A stretch of 64,000 nt of DNA from Candidatus Fimivivens sp. (lineage in GTDB: Bacteria > Bacillota > Clostridia > Oscillospirales > Ruminococcaceae): NCBI GenBank assembly GCA_047974975.1, contig JBKECV010000015.1:12712-76711 (forward strand), given 5' to 3'. The translations under genes and the position numbers were made by a program. The notes beneath the pieces were generated by a model. It did no database searches. It saw only the letters and a program-made list of their open reading frames with translations, and was not told the DNA's origin. Below, in pieces: positions 1 to 9,939 of this stretch. Every line of letters begins with the position of its first letter. The first letter of the stretch is position 1.

Positions 1-1
1 G

Positions 2-649
2 CCCGGCGATCCGCTGCGCGCCAAGGTGATTGCCGAAACTTATCTGACCGATGTCAAATGCTATAACACGGTTCGCAACATGTTTGGCTACACCGGAAAC
101 TATAACGGAAAACCTGTCTCGGTTCAGGGAAGTGGCATGGGCATCCCTTCCATCGGCATTTATTCCTATGAGCTTTACAATATGTACGATGTTCAAAATA
201 TTATCCGTATCGGCTCCGCGGGCGGGCTTGGCCAAGATATTAAAGTGCGCGATTTGGTCGTCGGCATTGGGGCTTGCACCAATTCCAATTACGGTGCGCA
301 ATATGGCCTACCCGGCACCTTTGCGCCGATTGCCAGCTGGTGCCTTTTGCGCGCTGCGGATACAGCCGCTCAATCGCTGGGGATTCCGATGAAAGCGGGC
401 AACCTTTTGTCTTCCGACACTTTTTACAGCGATGCAGATAGCAGCAAGTGGGCCGCGATGGGCGTGCTTGCGGTTGAAATGGAGTCTGCGGGACTCTATT
501 ATAATGCTGCGCAAGCGGGGAAAGAGGCGTTATGCATCTGCACGATTTCAGACATCGTTGCCACCGGCGAGAGCCTTTCGGCGCTTGAACGGCAGGAGAG
601 CTTTCACGATATGATGAAAGTGGCCTTGGAACTGGCCCATAACATCTAA
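2..649 (+). CDS. deoD: Purine nucleoside phosphorylase DeoD-type (5'-truncated by window edge)
   Basis: Frame is open from nt 2 (PGDPLRAK). Motifs RNMFGYTG, GSGMGIPS, IRIGSAG and VEMESAGLY. Confidence 0.95.
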   Translation, partial: PGDPLRAKVIAETYLTDVKCYNTVRNMFGYTGNYNGKPVSVQGSGMGIPSIGIYSYELYNMYDVQNIIRIGSAGGLGQDIKVRDLVVGIGACTNSNYGAQYGLPGTFAPIASWCLLRAADTAAQSLGIPMKAGNLLSSDTFYSDADSSKWAAMGVLAVEMESAGLYYNAAQAGKEALCICTISDIVATGESLSALERQESFHDMMKVALELAHNI

Positions 650-762
650 ATAGCAGCGGCGCGAAGCATTTCGCTTTGCGCCGTTACTGAGTGATTTTGG
701 TACCAACAGGTAAAGGGCATGTTGTCAATGAGAGGTAACTTGCTCGGCAGTGGCAAGGGGGG

Positions 763-1185
763 ATGACGATGATATCGGATAGAGCGCTGATTGCACAAGC
801 GATTCGCGCGCGAAAAAATGCCTATGTACCTTATTCGCATTTTGCGGTGGGCGCTGCAGTATTGGCGGACAGTGGCCGAGTATACACCGGCTGCAACATT
901 GAAAATGCGGCCTATTCACCAACCAACTGCGGTGAGCGCACCGCTGTATTTAAAGCGGTGAGTGAAGGGGAGCGGCACTTTTTAAAACTGGCCTTGGTGG
1001 CAGGAAATGAAAAGTTGGAGATACCACTTCCGGCTATTGTTTCACCTTGTGGCGTTTGCCGACAGGTGCTCATGGAATTTGCTGCGCCGGAGATGGAAAT
1101 TTTGCTGGCAAAAAGCGAGGATGACTATGAGACCCATACGTTGGGTGCATTGTTCCCGATGGGGTTTTCCGCTAACAGTCTTTGA
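763..1185 (+). CDS. cdd: Cytidine deaminase
   Basis: AYVPYSHFAVGAA, GCNIENAAY, CGERTA and PCGVCRQ zinc motifs. Follows deoD. Confidence 0.95.
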   Translation: MTMISDRALIAQAIRARKNAYVPYSHFAVGAAVLADSGRVYTGCNIENAAYSPTNCGERTAVFKAVSEGERHFLKLALVAGNEKLEIPLPAIVSPCGVCRQVLMEFAAPEMEILLAKSEDDYETHTLGALFPMGFSANSL

Positions 1186-1193
1186 TTATTAAG

Positions 1194-1226
1194 GGCGGCG
1201 CAGCACCTGTTGGCGCTGCGCCGTTT
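1194..1226. terminator. Hairpin between convergent cdd and DUF4489 genes
   Basis: GGCGGCGCAGC...GCTGCGCCGTT inverted repeat. Confidence 0.6.
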
Positions 1227-1230
1227 GCAT

Positions 1231-1692
1231 CTAATTATTAACGCTAAGGATAGATAGTGTGGCGTTGTTTATGGTGACACCCGGCGTGATATCGATAATA
1301 GAGTTTGTGGAAATTTCGATAGAATAGGTGTAATTATCCGGCCGCAGATTATCATCTGCGAACTGGAAAGCAAACGATTCGGATTCTAGGATATTTGCCA
1401 GTGTCGCAAACGTAAAGGTTGGGCCCACTTTGATGGTGGAGCCGTCTCCGTTGGTCCGTGTGATTTGGAAATTTAAAGTCACTGAAATACCAAGCGGCAG
1501 ATTGATCATACTGGTAAAAATGAGCAGATTGGTGACGTCGCTCATCCCGGCAGTATCGACGGTTGTTGATACGACATTGATCGGGGCGGCTAAGAGCGTT
1601 GTAATGACCGGTAGTGGTCCGACGCCGCCCGTATTACTCGCAGCTGCGACCTGCCGACCTGATATATCGCTATTTGGGCAACCATAATACAT
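1231..1692 (-). CDS. DUF4489-like protein (probable spore coat/exosporium-associated)
   Basis: RBS AAAGGAG before ATG at 1692. The pattern TVDT..LLIFTS.I..LNFQI..VGP.FTF..SF.FQF.D..YTYSI resembles clostridial DUF4489 proteins from memory. Confidence 0.6.
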   Translation of the reverse strand: MYYGCPNSDISGRQVAAASNTGGVGPLPVITTLLAAPINVVSTTVDTAGMSDVTNLLIFTSMINLPLGISVTLNFQITRTNGDGSTIKVGPTFTFATLANILESESFAFQFADDNLRPDNYTYSIEISTNSIIDITPGVTINNATLSILSVNN

Positions 1693-1801
1693 ATTAAAAG
1701 CTCCTTTCAGACAACAAGGCAAAACCTTATTGTTTTATCATAGAGAAGAACTGCTCATCCCGCTCTATGTATAACCTGCCTAGAAAGATAAGAAACAGTA
1801 C

Positions 1802-1829
1802 ATTATATGGCGGATGCGTCAAGTATGTT
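1802..1829 (-). promoter_or_regulatory. Putative sigma-K promoter for the DUF4489 gene
   Basis: Minus strand reads AACA-16 nt-CATATAAT, matching the mACm-N16-CATAnnnT consensus. Confidence 0.5.
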
Positions 1830-1869
1830 CTCGCAGTCCACCGGTAAGGTTGCTTAGCGTTAGCGTCAC

Positions 1870-1916
1870 AAAAGAGAACCCACAAAATGCTTGACATTTT
1901 TGTGGGTTCTCTTTTT
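1870..1916 (-). terminator. Intrinsic terminator of the AEC transporter gene
   Basis: AAAAGAGAACCCACAAAA / TTTTGTGGGTTCTCTTTT stem. Confidence 0.75.
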
Positions 1917-1929
1917 ACACTGTATCCAA

Positions 1930-2883
1930 TCACGACATCATATTCACAAGATAAGAGACCAATGGGATGGTAACCATGCTGGACATGGTGGTGACAAAGA
2001 CCGATACTGTCGCATACTCATAGTCGGTGCCGTTGTTTCGCGCGAGCATCGACATGGAAAATAAGCTGGGCAGGGCGGTTGTCAAGGTGAGGGCCATGCG
2101 GGCTAGCGGGTGTAAAAATTCGCCGAGCAGGCCGGTTGCCCAAAATACAAACAAAGGCAACAGCACCATTTTAATGATGACAATGGTAAACACGCCGCCT
2201 AGGAAAGGTGGGCGTTTAATATCAAGGGAAGCCAATGTGCCACCGATGAAAATCATCGCGATGGTTTTGGAGGAATTGCCGACGTCTGCTAACACATCCA
2301 TGACTAGATTTTTGGGATGCCATCCGAAGAGAATCATAGTTAATGCAATACAAAATGCGATCGTTGTTGGCGTCGTCAAAACTTTTTTTAAAGATGCCAA
2401 ATTTAATTTTCGCTTATGTTGCGCCGGATAGGACAAATTCTCACAAACAGTCCACATAATGCATTGATCTATAAAGTAGATGGAGGCCATATAAATACCG
2501 ACTTCGTTGCCTAGGGTAGTCAGTATCAAAATCATACCCATGACGCCGATGTTGCCCATAGCATACTGCACCATATGTACTTGGGCAGTATTGGGCGGCA
2601 TTTTAAAGAGTCTGGATGTCACAATGCCGCCAGCGGCCAAAAGTGCATACCAAAATGGCAGCACCATGATCAGCGGCAGCGCTTGCAGCAGCATGGCACG
2701 TGTGGTTGCCGCCGTCAGCTTTGCTATCAAAAAAGCGGGCAAGGTTATTTTAAGCGCAAAGGTCGACAATGTTTTAAGTCCTTCATTTGTAAAAATGCCA
2801 ACTTTCACTGCGATAAAGCCAATGGCAATAAGGACACAAAATTTTGCCGTTTCTATTAGAATAACAGAGACATCCAATTGCAT
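1930..2883 (-). CDS. AEC (auxin efflux carrier/malate permease) family transporter
   Basis: About 10 hydrophobic segments. ITLPA, GNIGVMG, KMVLLPL and TTMSSMVTIP motifs. Confidence 0.85.
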   Translation of the reverse strand: MQLDVSVILIETAKFCVLIAIGFIAVKVGIFTNEGLKTLSTFALKITLPAFLIAKLTAATTRAMLLQALPLIMVLPFWYALLAAGGIVTSRLFKMPPNTAQVHMVQYAMGNIGVMGMILILTTLGNEVGIYMASIYFIDQCIMWTVCENLSYPAQHKRKLNLASLKKVLTTPTTIAFCIALTMILFGWHPKNLVMDVLADVGNSSKTIAMIFIGGTLASLDIKRPPFLGGVFTIVIIKMVLLPLFVFWATGLLGEFLHPLARMALTLTTALPSLFSMSMLARNNGTDYEYATVSVFVTTMSSMVTIPLVSYLVNMMS

Positions 2884-2978
2884 CGTGGCACCTCATATAA
2901 GCTTCGTTATGTTTTATTATAGGTGTTTATATTAAATTGGTCAACGCTATGTGTATTGTTCATGCAGGGGAATGACGC

Positions 2979-3182
2979 ATGGAGTCATTGCTGCAACGCT
3001 TTGCTTTCTCTATTGACAAAGATGATTTATTATCACAAAATATTTTTGAGATGCTTACCATCAAGCAACATCAAGTTGCATTGGAGAAAAAGCATGACAC
3101 GGTTTTGGATAACGATACAATCTATGACATGACAAAAAACGCGTATAAAGGCCGATTGTCGGCAAGCATCCTGCCGCTTTAA
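2979..3182 (+). CDS. Small hypothetical protein (67 aa)
   Basis: AGGGG RBS 7-8 nt upstream, intergenic position, and a hairpin at about 3200-3231. Confidence 0.45.
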   Translation: MESLLQRFAFSIDKDDLLSQNIFEMLTIKQHQVALEKKHDTVLDNDTIYDMTKNAYKGRLSASILPL

Positions 3183-3439
3183 GCGCAGATCATTTATGAA
3201 AAAGGACACATCCGAAACGGTGTGACCTTTTCATTATGCTCTTTCGCAACTATTTGCGATTTTGACTGCCAAGAGAAATTTTGCAAATCCCATATAAAGG
3301 GCGCTGCCCTGATATGGGACGTACAACAACGCTAGGGCAACTACTTAAAATAAGATTTGAATTTATTTGACGAGCGACGCGCAGTTAATTTAGAAGAACC
3401 GCAGCTGCCGTTTAAAGCAGCCTTGTGGTCGGCGCATGG

Positions 3440-6400
3440 TTATTTTTCTTGCTGCTTTGCCAGTTCACGCTCTTGCTTTTTGCGTGCGCGGTCCTCTTTA
3501 TCAAACATGAGATAGAAAGTGGGGATCAGCACCAGTGTAAGTGCCGTGGAAAAGGTCAAACCGCCGATGACGACGATGGCCATACCCTGCATCATCTCAA
3601 CTTTGCCGCCGATACCCAACGCCATGGGCAAAAGACCCAAAACAGTGGTTAGCGTAGACATTAGAATGGGGCGCGTGCGGGTACGACACGAAAGAACGAT
3701 GGCCTCGCGCACTTCCATGCCCTGTATACGCAAAATGTTGGTGAAGTCGATCAGCACAATGGCGTTATTGACGACAATACCTACCAGCATAACCAGACCA
3801 ATCAAAGAGGTCATACTAATAGAGGTGCCGGTGACAGATAGGCCGAAAAATGCGCCTGTCAGTGAAAAGGGGATGGCAATCATGACGACAATCGAGAACA
3901 ACAACGATTCGAACTGGATAGCCATGACGGCAAAAACGAGGAAAATTGCGGTGAGCAGCGCATAGCCGATATTGGTGAACTCATCCTTCATCATGCCCAT
4001 ATTGCCACCGGCTTGCAGTTTGACACTATCCGGTAGATCCAGTTCCTGCATGATGGCGACGGCCTGATTGGTCATAGCGGTGGTATCTGCGCCGCTGCTG
4101 GGTGTGCCTGAAATGGTGACAACGTAATCGCCATCCTCGCGCGAGATCGAGGTGGGACCCTCCTCATAGACAATCTGCGCAATATCGGTCAGGGCGATCT
4201 GTCCGCCCGAAGGGGTATCGATCATCAGTCCGTATAAATCGCTGATATTTTTATAGCGTCCGGCGGGAAATTCCACTTTAACATCGTAGGTCGTATCGCC
4301 GTCCTGATATGTCATAGCGGTCACACCTGACATTTTACCGGCGGCGGCGGTGAGCACCGAATAAGGTGTCATGCCAACGGCACCGGATAAGATCGGATCC
4401 ACCTCAACCTTGGCGCGTGGGTCGCCGTTCGAGATACTGCTGCTGGTTGAGATAATGCCATCCATCGCAGCCAGCTGTTCTTTAACGGTCGTGGCGGCCG
4501 TTTTAAGAGCATTGTAATCGGCACCGACAAGGTCGATTTGAACATCGGTGCTGTTGCTGAAGGACATGGCACTTTCAGCGGTGGTTGTGATGCTGCAATT
4601 TTGAATGTGCGCCGTTTTTTCACGAATTTGATTTACAAAATCGTCGGTGGAAGCACTGCGATTTTCTTTGAGTGAGATGGAGACGGAACCACCGCCGCCT
4701 GAGCCGCCAAACATACTTTGACCACCACCGCCGGCACTCAGCGAATAGGACTCGACATCGGGTTCCTGCTTGATGATGTTTTCGATCTCGGTCATGATGT
4801 TATTGGTGGATTCCAAACTCAGTCCGGATTTTGTTTCAACCGACAGGTTGACGTCACCGCGGTCCATCATCGGCATCATTTCCATTTTTATCTGGCTAAA
4901 CATCAGTCCTGCGGCAATAAGGCAAGCCACAGCTATTAAGACGACAATTTTGCGGGCACTGATCGCCTTTCTAAGCAGGACGGTATAATACTTATCGATC
5001 GATTGGAGCATGCGGTTGGAAATGGACGCCATTTTTTCTTTGGGTTTCATTTTCATAAAAAGGAGCGGTACCATCGTCAGTGCACTGATGAGGGAGGCTG
5101 TAATTGAAAACACGATGGTAAAACCGGTATCACTAAAAAGCTGCCCCGCCATGCCGTCCATCAACGAAATGGGCAAAAACACGACAACAGTGGTAGCGGT
5201 TGAGGCGATAACCGAGCCGGCAACAAGGTTGGCACCGGTTGCAACGCTCTCTTTAAAGGTGCGTTCTTCGGTTCGGGCTCTAAAGCAACTTTCAATGACA
5301 ACGATGGAGTTATCGACCATCATGCCAATGCCCACCACCAAGCCGCCTAGCGACATCATGTTGATCGTTATGTCAAAGGCGGACATCATGACGAGTGCCG
5401 CCAAGACCGAAACAGGCATAGATAACCCAACGATGAGCGAGGCGCGCCATTCGCCAAAGAAGAAGAATAGCACTAAAATAGCGATGATAAGACCCATCAG
5501 CAAGGATGACACCACGCTTTTGATGTTGTCCATAATGGTTTCACCGCTGTTTGAAGTGATATCAATATCCAGTCCGAGACTGTCATCGGCGTTAAACGCA
5601 TCGACCAAGGCGGATATCCCATTACAAAGTTGAATGGTGTTGGCGTTTTGCTCTTTCGTAACCGAAATGCTGATGTTCTCGTAACCGTTTTGTCGGCTGT
5701 AAGAATCGCGCTCCTGTTCAGCCATGTACACGTCGGCAATATCGGAAATATGCAGGATATCACCGGATTTTAACGAGATCGGAATCGAGGCCAACGCCTG
5801 ATACGTGTCGTACTTGGCGTTGCCAACCAAGCTCAATTCAATTTCGCCGCGATTTGCAGTGCCCATGGTGACTTCAAACTCTGCGGAAGAAATCGCTCTG
5901 GAAACATCACCCATGGTCAAGCCGTACTGATTGAGGCGATTTTCTATCAGCTCGATACTGATATATTTGTATTGTCCTCCATATACGTTGACCTCGCCGA
6001 CGCCTTCGACTTTTTCAATCTCCGGAACGATATTATCTTCAATGTAATCGGCGATGCTGTTGGTGTCGCCATCGACGGTGATAGATAAGTTCATGACCGA
6101 GTTGTTCATGTCGGCGGTGCTCATCTTGATGACGATGGGATCGCCGGCTTCATCCGGTAAATTGATTCTTGACAGCGCCGAGGTGACATCCTGATATTTG
6201 TCATCCATGTCGTCATTGTAGGAAAACTCCAGCATGACCATCGAGTTTCCCTCGCTGGAGGTTGAAGATACACTCTTAACGCCGCTGACGGCTGAGAGTG
6301 CATTTTCGATCCGATCGGTTACCGATTGATCCATCTCGTCGGGTGACGCGCCGCTGTAATGCGTCATCACGATCATCATCGGCATATCCATCTCAGGTGT

Positions 6401-6511
6401 CGATTCAATCGGCATACCCAAGATGGCGCTTATGCCAAATAAGAAAAGCGCCAGCAGGCAAATGAGCATGCAAACGGGGCGTTTGACAGCCAAATTTGGG
6501 AGTGAAAACAT
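3440..6511 (-). CDS. RND efflux permease, AcrB/SwrC family
   Basis: 1023 aa with GMMVDNSIVVIE, GIVVNNAIVLID and RTRPILMSTLTT motifs. Confidence 0.95.
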   Translation of the reverse strand: MFSLPNLAVKRPVCMLICLLALFLFGISAILGMPIESTPEMDMPMMIVMTHYSGASPDEMDQSVTDRIENALSAVSGVKSVSSTSSEGNSMVMLEFSYNDDMDDKYQDVTSALSRINLPDEAGDPIVIKMSTADMNNSVMNLSITVDGDTNSIADYIEDNIVPEIEKVEGVGEVNVYGGQYKYISIELIENRLNQYGLTMGDVSRAISSAEFEVTMGTANRGEIELSLVGNAKYDTYQALASIPISLKSGDILHISDIADVYMAEQERDSYSRQNGYENISISVTKEQNANTIQLCNGISALVDAFNADDSLGLDIDITSNSGETIMDNIKSVVSSLLMGLIIAILVLFFFFGEWRASLIVGLSMPVSVLAALVMMSAFDITINMMSLGGLVVGIGMMVDNSIVVIESCFRARTEERTFKESVATGANLVAGSVIASTATTVVVFLPISLMDGMAGQLFSDTGFTIVFSITASLISALTMVPLLFMKMKPKEKMASISNRMLQSIDKYYTVLLRKAISARKIVVLIAVACLIAAGLMFSQIKMEMMPMMDRGDVNLSVETKSGLSLESTNNIMTEIENIIKQEPDVESYSLSAGGGGQSMFGGSGGGGSVSISLKENRSASTDDFVNQIREKTAHIQNCSITTTAESAMSFSNSTDVQIDLVGADYNALKTAATTVKEQLAAMDGIISTSSSISNGDPRAKVEVDPILSGAVGMTPYSVLTAAAGKMSGVTAMTYQDGDTTYDVKVEFPAGRYKNISDLYGLMIDTPSGGQIALTDIAQIVYEEGPTSISREDGDYVVTISGTPSSGADTTAMTNQAVAIMQELDLPDSVKLQAGGNMGMMKDEFTNIGYALLTAIFLVFAVMAIQFESLLFSIVVMIAIPFSLTGAFFGLSVTGTSISMTSLIGLVMLVGIVVNNAIVLIDFTNILRIQGMEVREAIVLSCRTRTRPILMSTLTTVLGLLPMALGIGGKVEMMQGMAIVVIGGLTFSTALTLVLIPTFYLMFDKEDRARKKQERELAKQQEK

Positions 6512-6514
6512 CGA

Positions 6515-7975
6515 TTACGCCTCCTTCTTGGCGGGGACTGGGTCAGTTTGTGCGGTCGTGGAGGATGCGACGCCACTGTCAAGCTGTTTGCTTGAGACTT
6601 GGGCGCCGTCTTTAAGATTTGGGTGCCAAGTGGTGATGATGGCATCGTTTGCCGTTATCCCGGAAGTGACCGATACTTTGTCGGCGGTCGTCATGCCAAT
6701 GGTGATATCCACACGCTTTGCCGTGCCATTATCATATATGTAAAGGTAGGGCTGGTTTCCCTCGTAATAGATATTATCAATGGCAACGGTGAGGGCATCT
6801 TTTTCTTGGTCGGTAATGGCCATAACTTTCACCACAGCGCCCGACCGATGGAAATTGAGATTTTCGGTGAATTGCGCTTTGGCGGCATAAAGGCCGGTGG
6901 CGGCATCCGCCTCGGGAGAAAGCTCGATGATTTCGGCCGGATATTCCTTTGCGTTATAGGTAACAACCACAGCGGCACCGAGTGACATAGCCGATGCGCC
7001 GTCCTCTGAGAGATTAAAATTGACAGTCGGCAACCCGTCTTGAGAAATGATATAACTGCTGGTTTGGGAGGATATCATGCTATAATCGCTGATATTTTTG
7101 CTGGCGATGACCCCGGAAACAGGTGCGTATACTTTATGATTTTGCACCGCTTCCTGGGCATCTTCGAGTGCTAACTCCGCCTGTGAGCGGGTAATTTCGC
7201 GTGCGGTGGCATCTTCGTTGGTAGTCATGCTTTTATATATGTCATATTTGTCAAGCGCGGTTAAATAATCGTCATAAGAGGTTTCAAATCGGGTGATCAA
7301 CGTTTTATAATCGGTATAGCTGGCATAGTCATCGAGCATATCGTTATAATCTTGCATAGCTTTGTTGTAAGCGTCCCAATTTTCGGCCGTTTCATTGTCG
7401 TCGTACGCTTCTTCGGCTTTTTTTAGATTTTTACGATAGCGTTTAAAGCTTACAAGGTCAAAATCATCGCCGGTCGCGACCTCTAAACTATCGCGTGCTG
7501 TTTCATAGGCATTTTGTGCGGCTGTAATCGCGTTTTGGTAGCTGAGCTCAGTCAACGCATTTGCAGAGCCGGATTCCGCCGAAGCGATGCCAGCCAGTGT
7601 TTGTTCGTAGGATAGTCCGGCTTTTTTGAGCGCTGTTTGCGCGTCCTTATCATCCAGTTCGAACAGAAGATCGCCCTTTTTTACCGTATCACCGGCATTA
7701 AAATAGATCTTGGAAACAGTTCCGCCTACCTCGGGATAAACCTTGACACTCTGTGCTGCGGCCAATTTGCCGGCGAATTCGGTTTGCCGTGCCAGTGTTT
7801 TAGTTTCGGGGTAGGTGACTTGAACTGAAATGTCGCTGCTTTTAGCACCCTCGGGGTGATCGCCCTGTGCCATGGTCGGCGCGCTGTTACCGCATCCGAC
7901 AACACTTGCGGCGATAGCCGCAACCAGTATCAACAGTGTGATACGCTTATATGACTTTAAAAAATTCAAACCCAT
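6515..7975 (-). CDS. RND efflux adaptor (membrane fusion protein), probable lipoprotein
   Basis: Lipobox-like VVGC. Lipoyl half-motifs GDTVKKGDLLFELD and VYAPVSGVI flank a long helical hairpin. Confidence 0.9.
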   Translation of the reverse strand: MGLNFLKSYKRITLLILVAAIAASVVGCGNSAPTMAQGDHPEGAKSSDISVQVTYPETKTLARQTEFAGKLAAAQSVKVYPEVGGTVSKIYFNAGDTVKKGDLLFELDDKDAQTALKKAGLSYEQTLAGIASAESGSANALTELSYQNAITAAQNAYETARDSLEVATGDDFDLVSFKRYRKNLKKAEEAYDDNETAENWDAYNKAMQDYNDMLDDYASYTDYKTLITRFETSYDDYLTALDKYDIYKSMTTNEDATAREITRSQAELALEDAQEAVQNHKVYAPVSGVIASKNISDYSMISSQTSSYIISQDGLPTVNFNLSEDGASAMSLGAAVVVTYNAKEYPAEIIELSPEADAATGLYAAKAQFTENLNFHRSGAVVKVMAITDQEKDALTVAIDNIYYEGNQPYLYIYDNGTAKRVDITIGMTTADKVSVTSGITANDAIITTWHPNLKDGAQVSSKQLDSGVASSTTAQTDPVPAKKEA

Positions 7976-8009
7976 GTTTTCAACTCCTAAGCGTTATTTA
8001 CAATTCAGA

Positions 8010-8042
8010 ATCCTAACACAGTTTTATCAACTGAAGTTAAAC
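8010..8042 (-). promoter_or_regulatory. Putative response-regulator direct repeat plus extended -10 for the RND operon
   Basis: Minus strand GTTTAACTT-CA-GTTGATAAA followed by TGtTAGGAT. Confidence 0.5.
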
Positions 8043-8082
8043 TCCGGTAAAAAATCAGTGAAAATTCTGCCCGGATACAAAA

Positions 8083-8115
8083 GTTTACAATGAGTTCATC
8101 TAAAGATGTTATTGT
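8083..8115 (+). promoter_or_regulatory. Putative response-regulator direct repeat plus extended -10 for the two-component operon
   Basis: GTTTACAAT-GA-GTTCATCTA followed by TGtTATTGT, with the same spacing as the divergent copy. Confidence 0.5.
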
Positions 8116-8200
8116 TTTGATAAAAGATAACCTTGGAATTTTCTGTATTTTGCATGCGCGCTCCACGCGAGTGCGGCGCGGCATAAGGGGGGAAGCGCAA

Positions 8201-8881
8201 ATGTTTCATATTTTAGTGGTGGAAGACGAACCGAAGCTACGTCATCTTTTATGTACGATATTGACAAACAACGGCTATCGTGTCACCGGCGCAGCGGATG
8301 GCAGAGAGGCGTTGGAGGCGTTGGAGTGTGCCTATGTCGATCTGATGATCTGTGATATTTTAATGCCCGACATGGACGGTTGTGAACTGACTCGGTCACT
8401 GCGCGAAGCCGGGTATATACTACCTGTGTTAATGGCAACGGCCTGCGATACTTTTTTTGATAAACAGCGCGGTTTTTTGGCAGGTACCGATGATTATATG
8501 GTTAAGCCGATAGATGTCAATGAAATGCTGTTACGGGTCAAGGCGCTCTTGCGGCGGGCCCAAATTATCAGTGAAAGAAAGTTGATCTGTGGCAGTTTGG
8601 CGCTGGACTATGACGCATTGACGGTCAGCGATGGTCAAACGAACGACCTGTTGCCGCAAAAGGAGTTTTATTTATTGTATAAGCTGTTAGCTTATGTTGG
8701 CAAAATTTTTACTAGGCAGCAGCTGATGGACGAAATATGGGGCGTCGACTCGTCCACCGATGCCCGCACGGTTGATGTACATATTAACCGTCTGCGTGAG
8801 CGGTTTAGAGACAACGGCAATTTTGAAATTATCACAGTGCGCGGACTGGGTTATAAGGCGGTAAAAAACCATGAAGATTAA
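8201..8881 (+). CDS. OmpR-family response regulator (HssR-like)
   Basis: ILVVEDE, DILMPDMDG, GTDDYMVKP, LPQKEFYLLYKLL and RTVDVHINRLR. ATG at 8201 follows a G-rich RBS. Confidence 0.92.
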   Translation: MFHILVVEDEPKLRHLLCTILTNNGYRVTGAADGREALEALECAYVDLMICDILMPDMDGCELTRSLREAGYILPVLMATACDTFFDKQRGFLAGTDDYMVKPIDVNEMLLRVKALLRRAQIISERKLICGSLALDYDALTVSDGQTNDLLPQKEFYLLYKLLAYVGKIFTRQQLMDEIWGVDSSTDARTVDVHINRLRERFRDNGNFEIITVRGLGYKAVKNHED

Positions 8882-9914
8882 AGCAAACATTACCCTGTGG
8901 GGCAGCTTTGTCATTTCCGTTTTTTTAATCATGAGTTTTTCGGCTTTTGTTACCACGGGCGCTTTTGTCATGATGGCTAGACAGGGGTGGATCAAGATGT
9001 CCAGACCCAGTCCGTTTATGCCATTAATCAGCTTTTTATTTACTTCTGTACTGGTTGGAACCATCGTTTCGGTGTTGGTTGGCCATAAGATTACACAGCC
9101 GATCAAGCGATTGAGCGAAGCGCTTAAAGAAATTGCTCGCGGCAATTTTGACGTGCGTGTGTCAACAGCAAAATGGCTGCCTGAGGGACGACAAATGGTA
9201 CGTAATTTTAATGCGATGGCACAGGAACTAGGCAGCATAGAGACATTAAGAAATGATTTTGTCGTCAACGTCTCCCATGAATTTAAGACACCGATTGCCG
9301 CTATAGAGGGTTATGCGACGCTATTGCAAGACGGCGGTCTTACCGATGCAGATCAGGCCGAATATAGCCGATTAATTATTGAGAGCACCCAGCAGCTATC
9401 GGCACTTACCGGCAATATTCTCACACTTTCGAAGCTTGAAAACCAACAAATAGTTCCCAGAAAACAATATTTTGCATTGGATGAGCAATTGCGCCAAGTG
9501 CTGCTTTTGCTGGAGGGGCAGTGGGAAAAAAAGGCGATCGAGTTGGACATTGAGCTGATGCCCGTATTGTTCCATGGCAGTGAAGAGCTGCTGCATCAGG
9601 TATGGCTTAATATTTTAGGCAATGCCATCAAGTTTACGCCCCACAATGGCACTGTTTCGGTGAGACTGTTTGAACGGGAGAATCAGGTTACGGTGACAGT
9701 CTCGGATACCGGTATTGGCATTTCTCCACAGATGCAGTCTCGTATTTTTGAAAAATTTTATCAGGGTAACCATGCTAGAACCATCGAAGGAAATGGATTG
9801 GGGTTGGCGCTGGCGAAGCGCATTATCACGTTGTGTGGTGGCGATATTTTTGTTAAAAGCGATATCGGCAAAGGTGCATGCTTTACGGTTATGCTGCCCA
9901 ACCCGAAAAAATAA
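8871..9914 (+). CDS. HAMP-domain sensor histidine kinase (HssS-like, intramembrane-sensing)
   Basis: Two TM helices with a short loop, HAMP domain, H-box NVSHEFKTP, N-box NAIKF and G-boxes. Confidence 0.92.
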   Translation: MKIKANITLWGSFVISVFLIMSFSAFVTTGAFVMMARQGWIKMSRPSPFMPLISFLFTSVLVGTIVSVLVGHKITQPIKRLSEALKEIARGNFDVRVSTAKWLPEGRQMVRNFNAMAQELGSIETLRNDFVVNVSHEFKTPIAAIEGYATLLQDGGLTDADQAEYSRLIIESTQQLSALTGNILTLSKLENQQIVPRKQYFALDEQLRQVLLLLEGQWEKKAIELDIELMPVLFHGSEELLHQVWLNILGNAIKFTPHNGTVSVRLFERENQVTVTVSDTGIGISPQMQSRIFEKFYQGNHARTIEGNGLGLALAKRIITLCGGDIFVKSDIGKGACFTVMLPNPKK

Positions 9915-9939
9915 CCCACTTATGAAGGAGCGAAAAGCT

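Noticed and set aside
9715..9939. N-terminal extensions in the ORF track (also 8090, 31059, 35371, 37191, 45425, 48974, 55144)
   Set aside because: RBS positions and family N-termini support the downstream starts used above.
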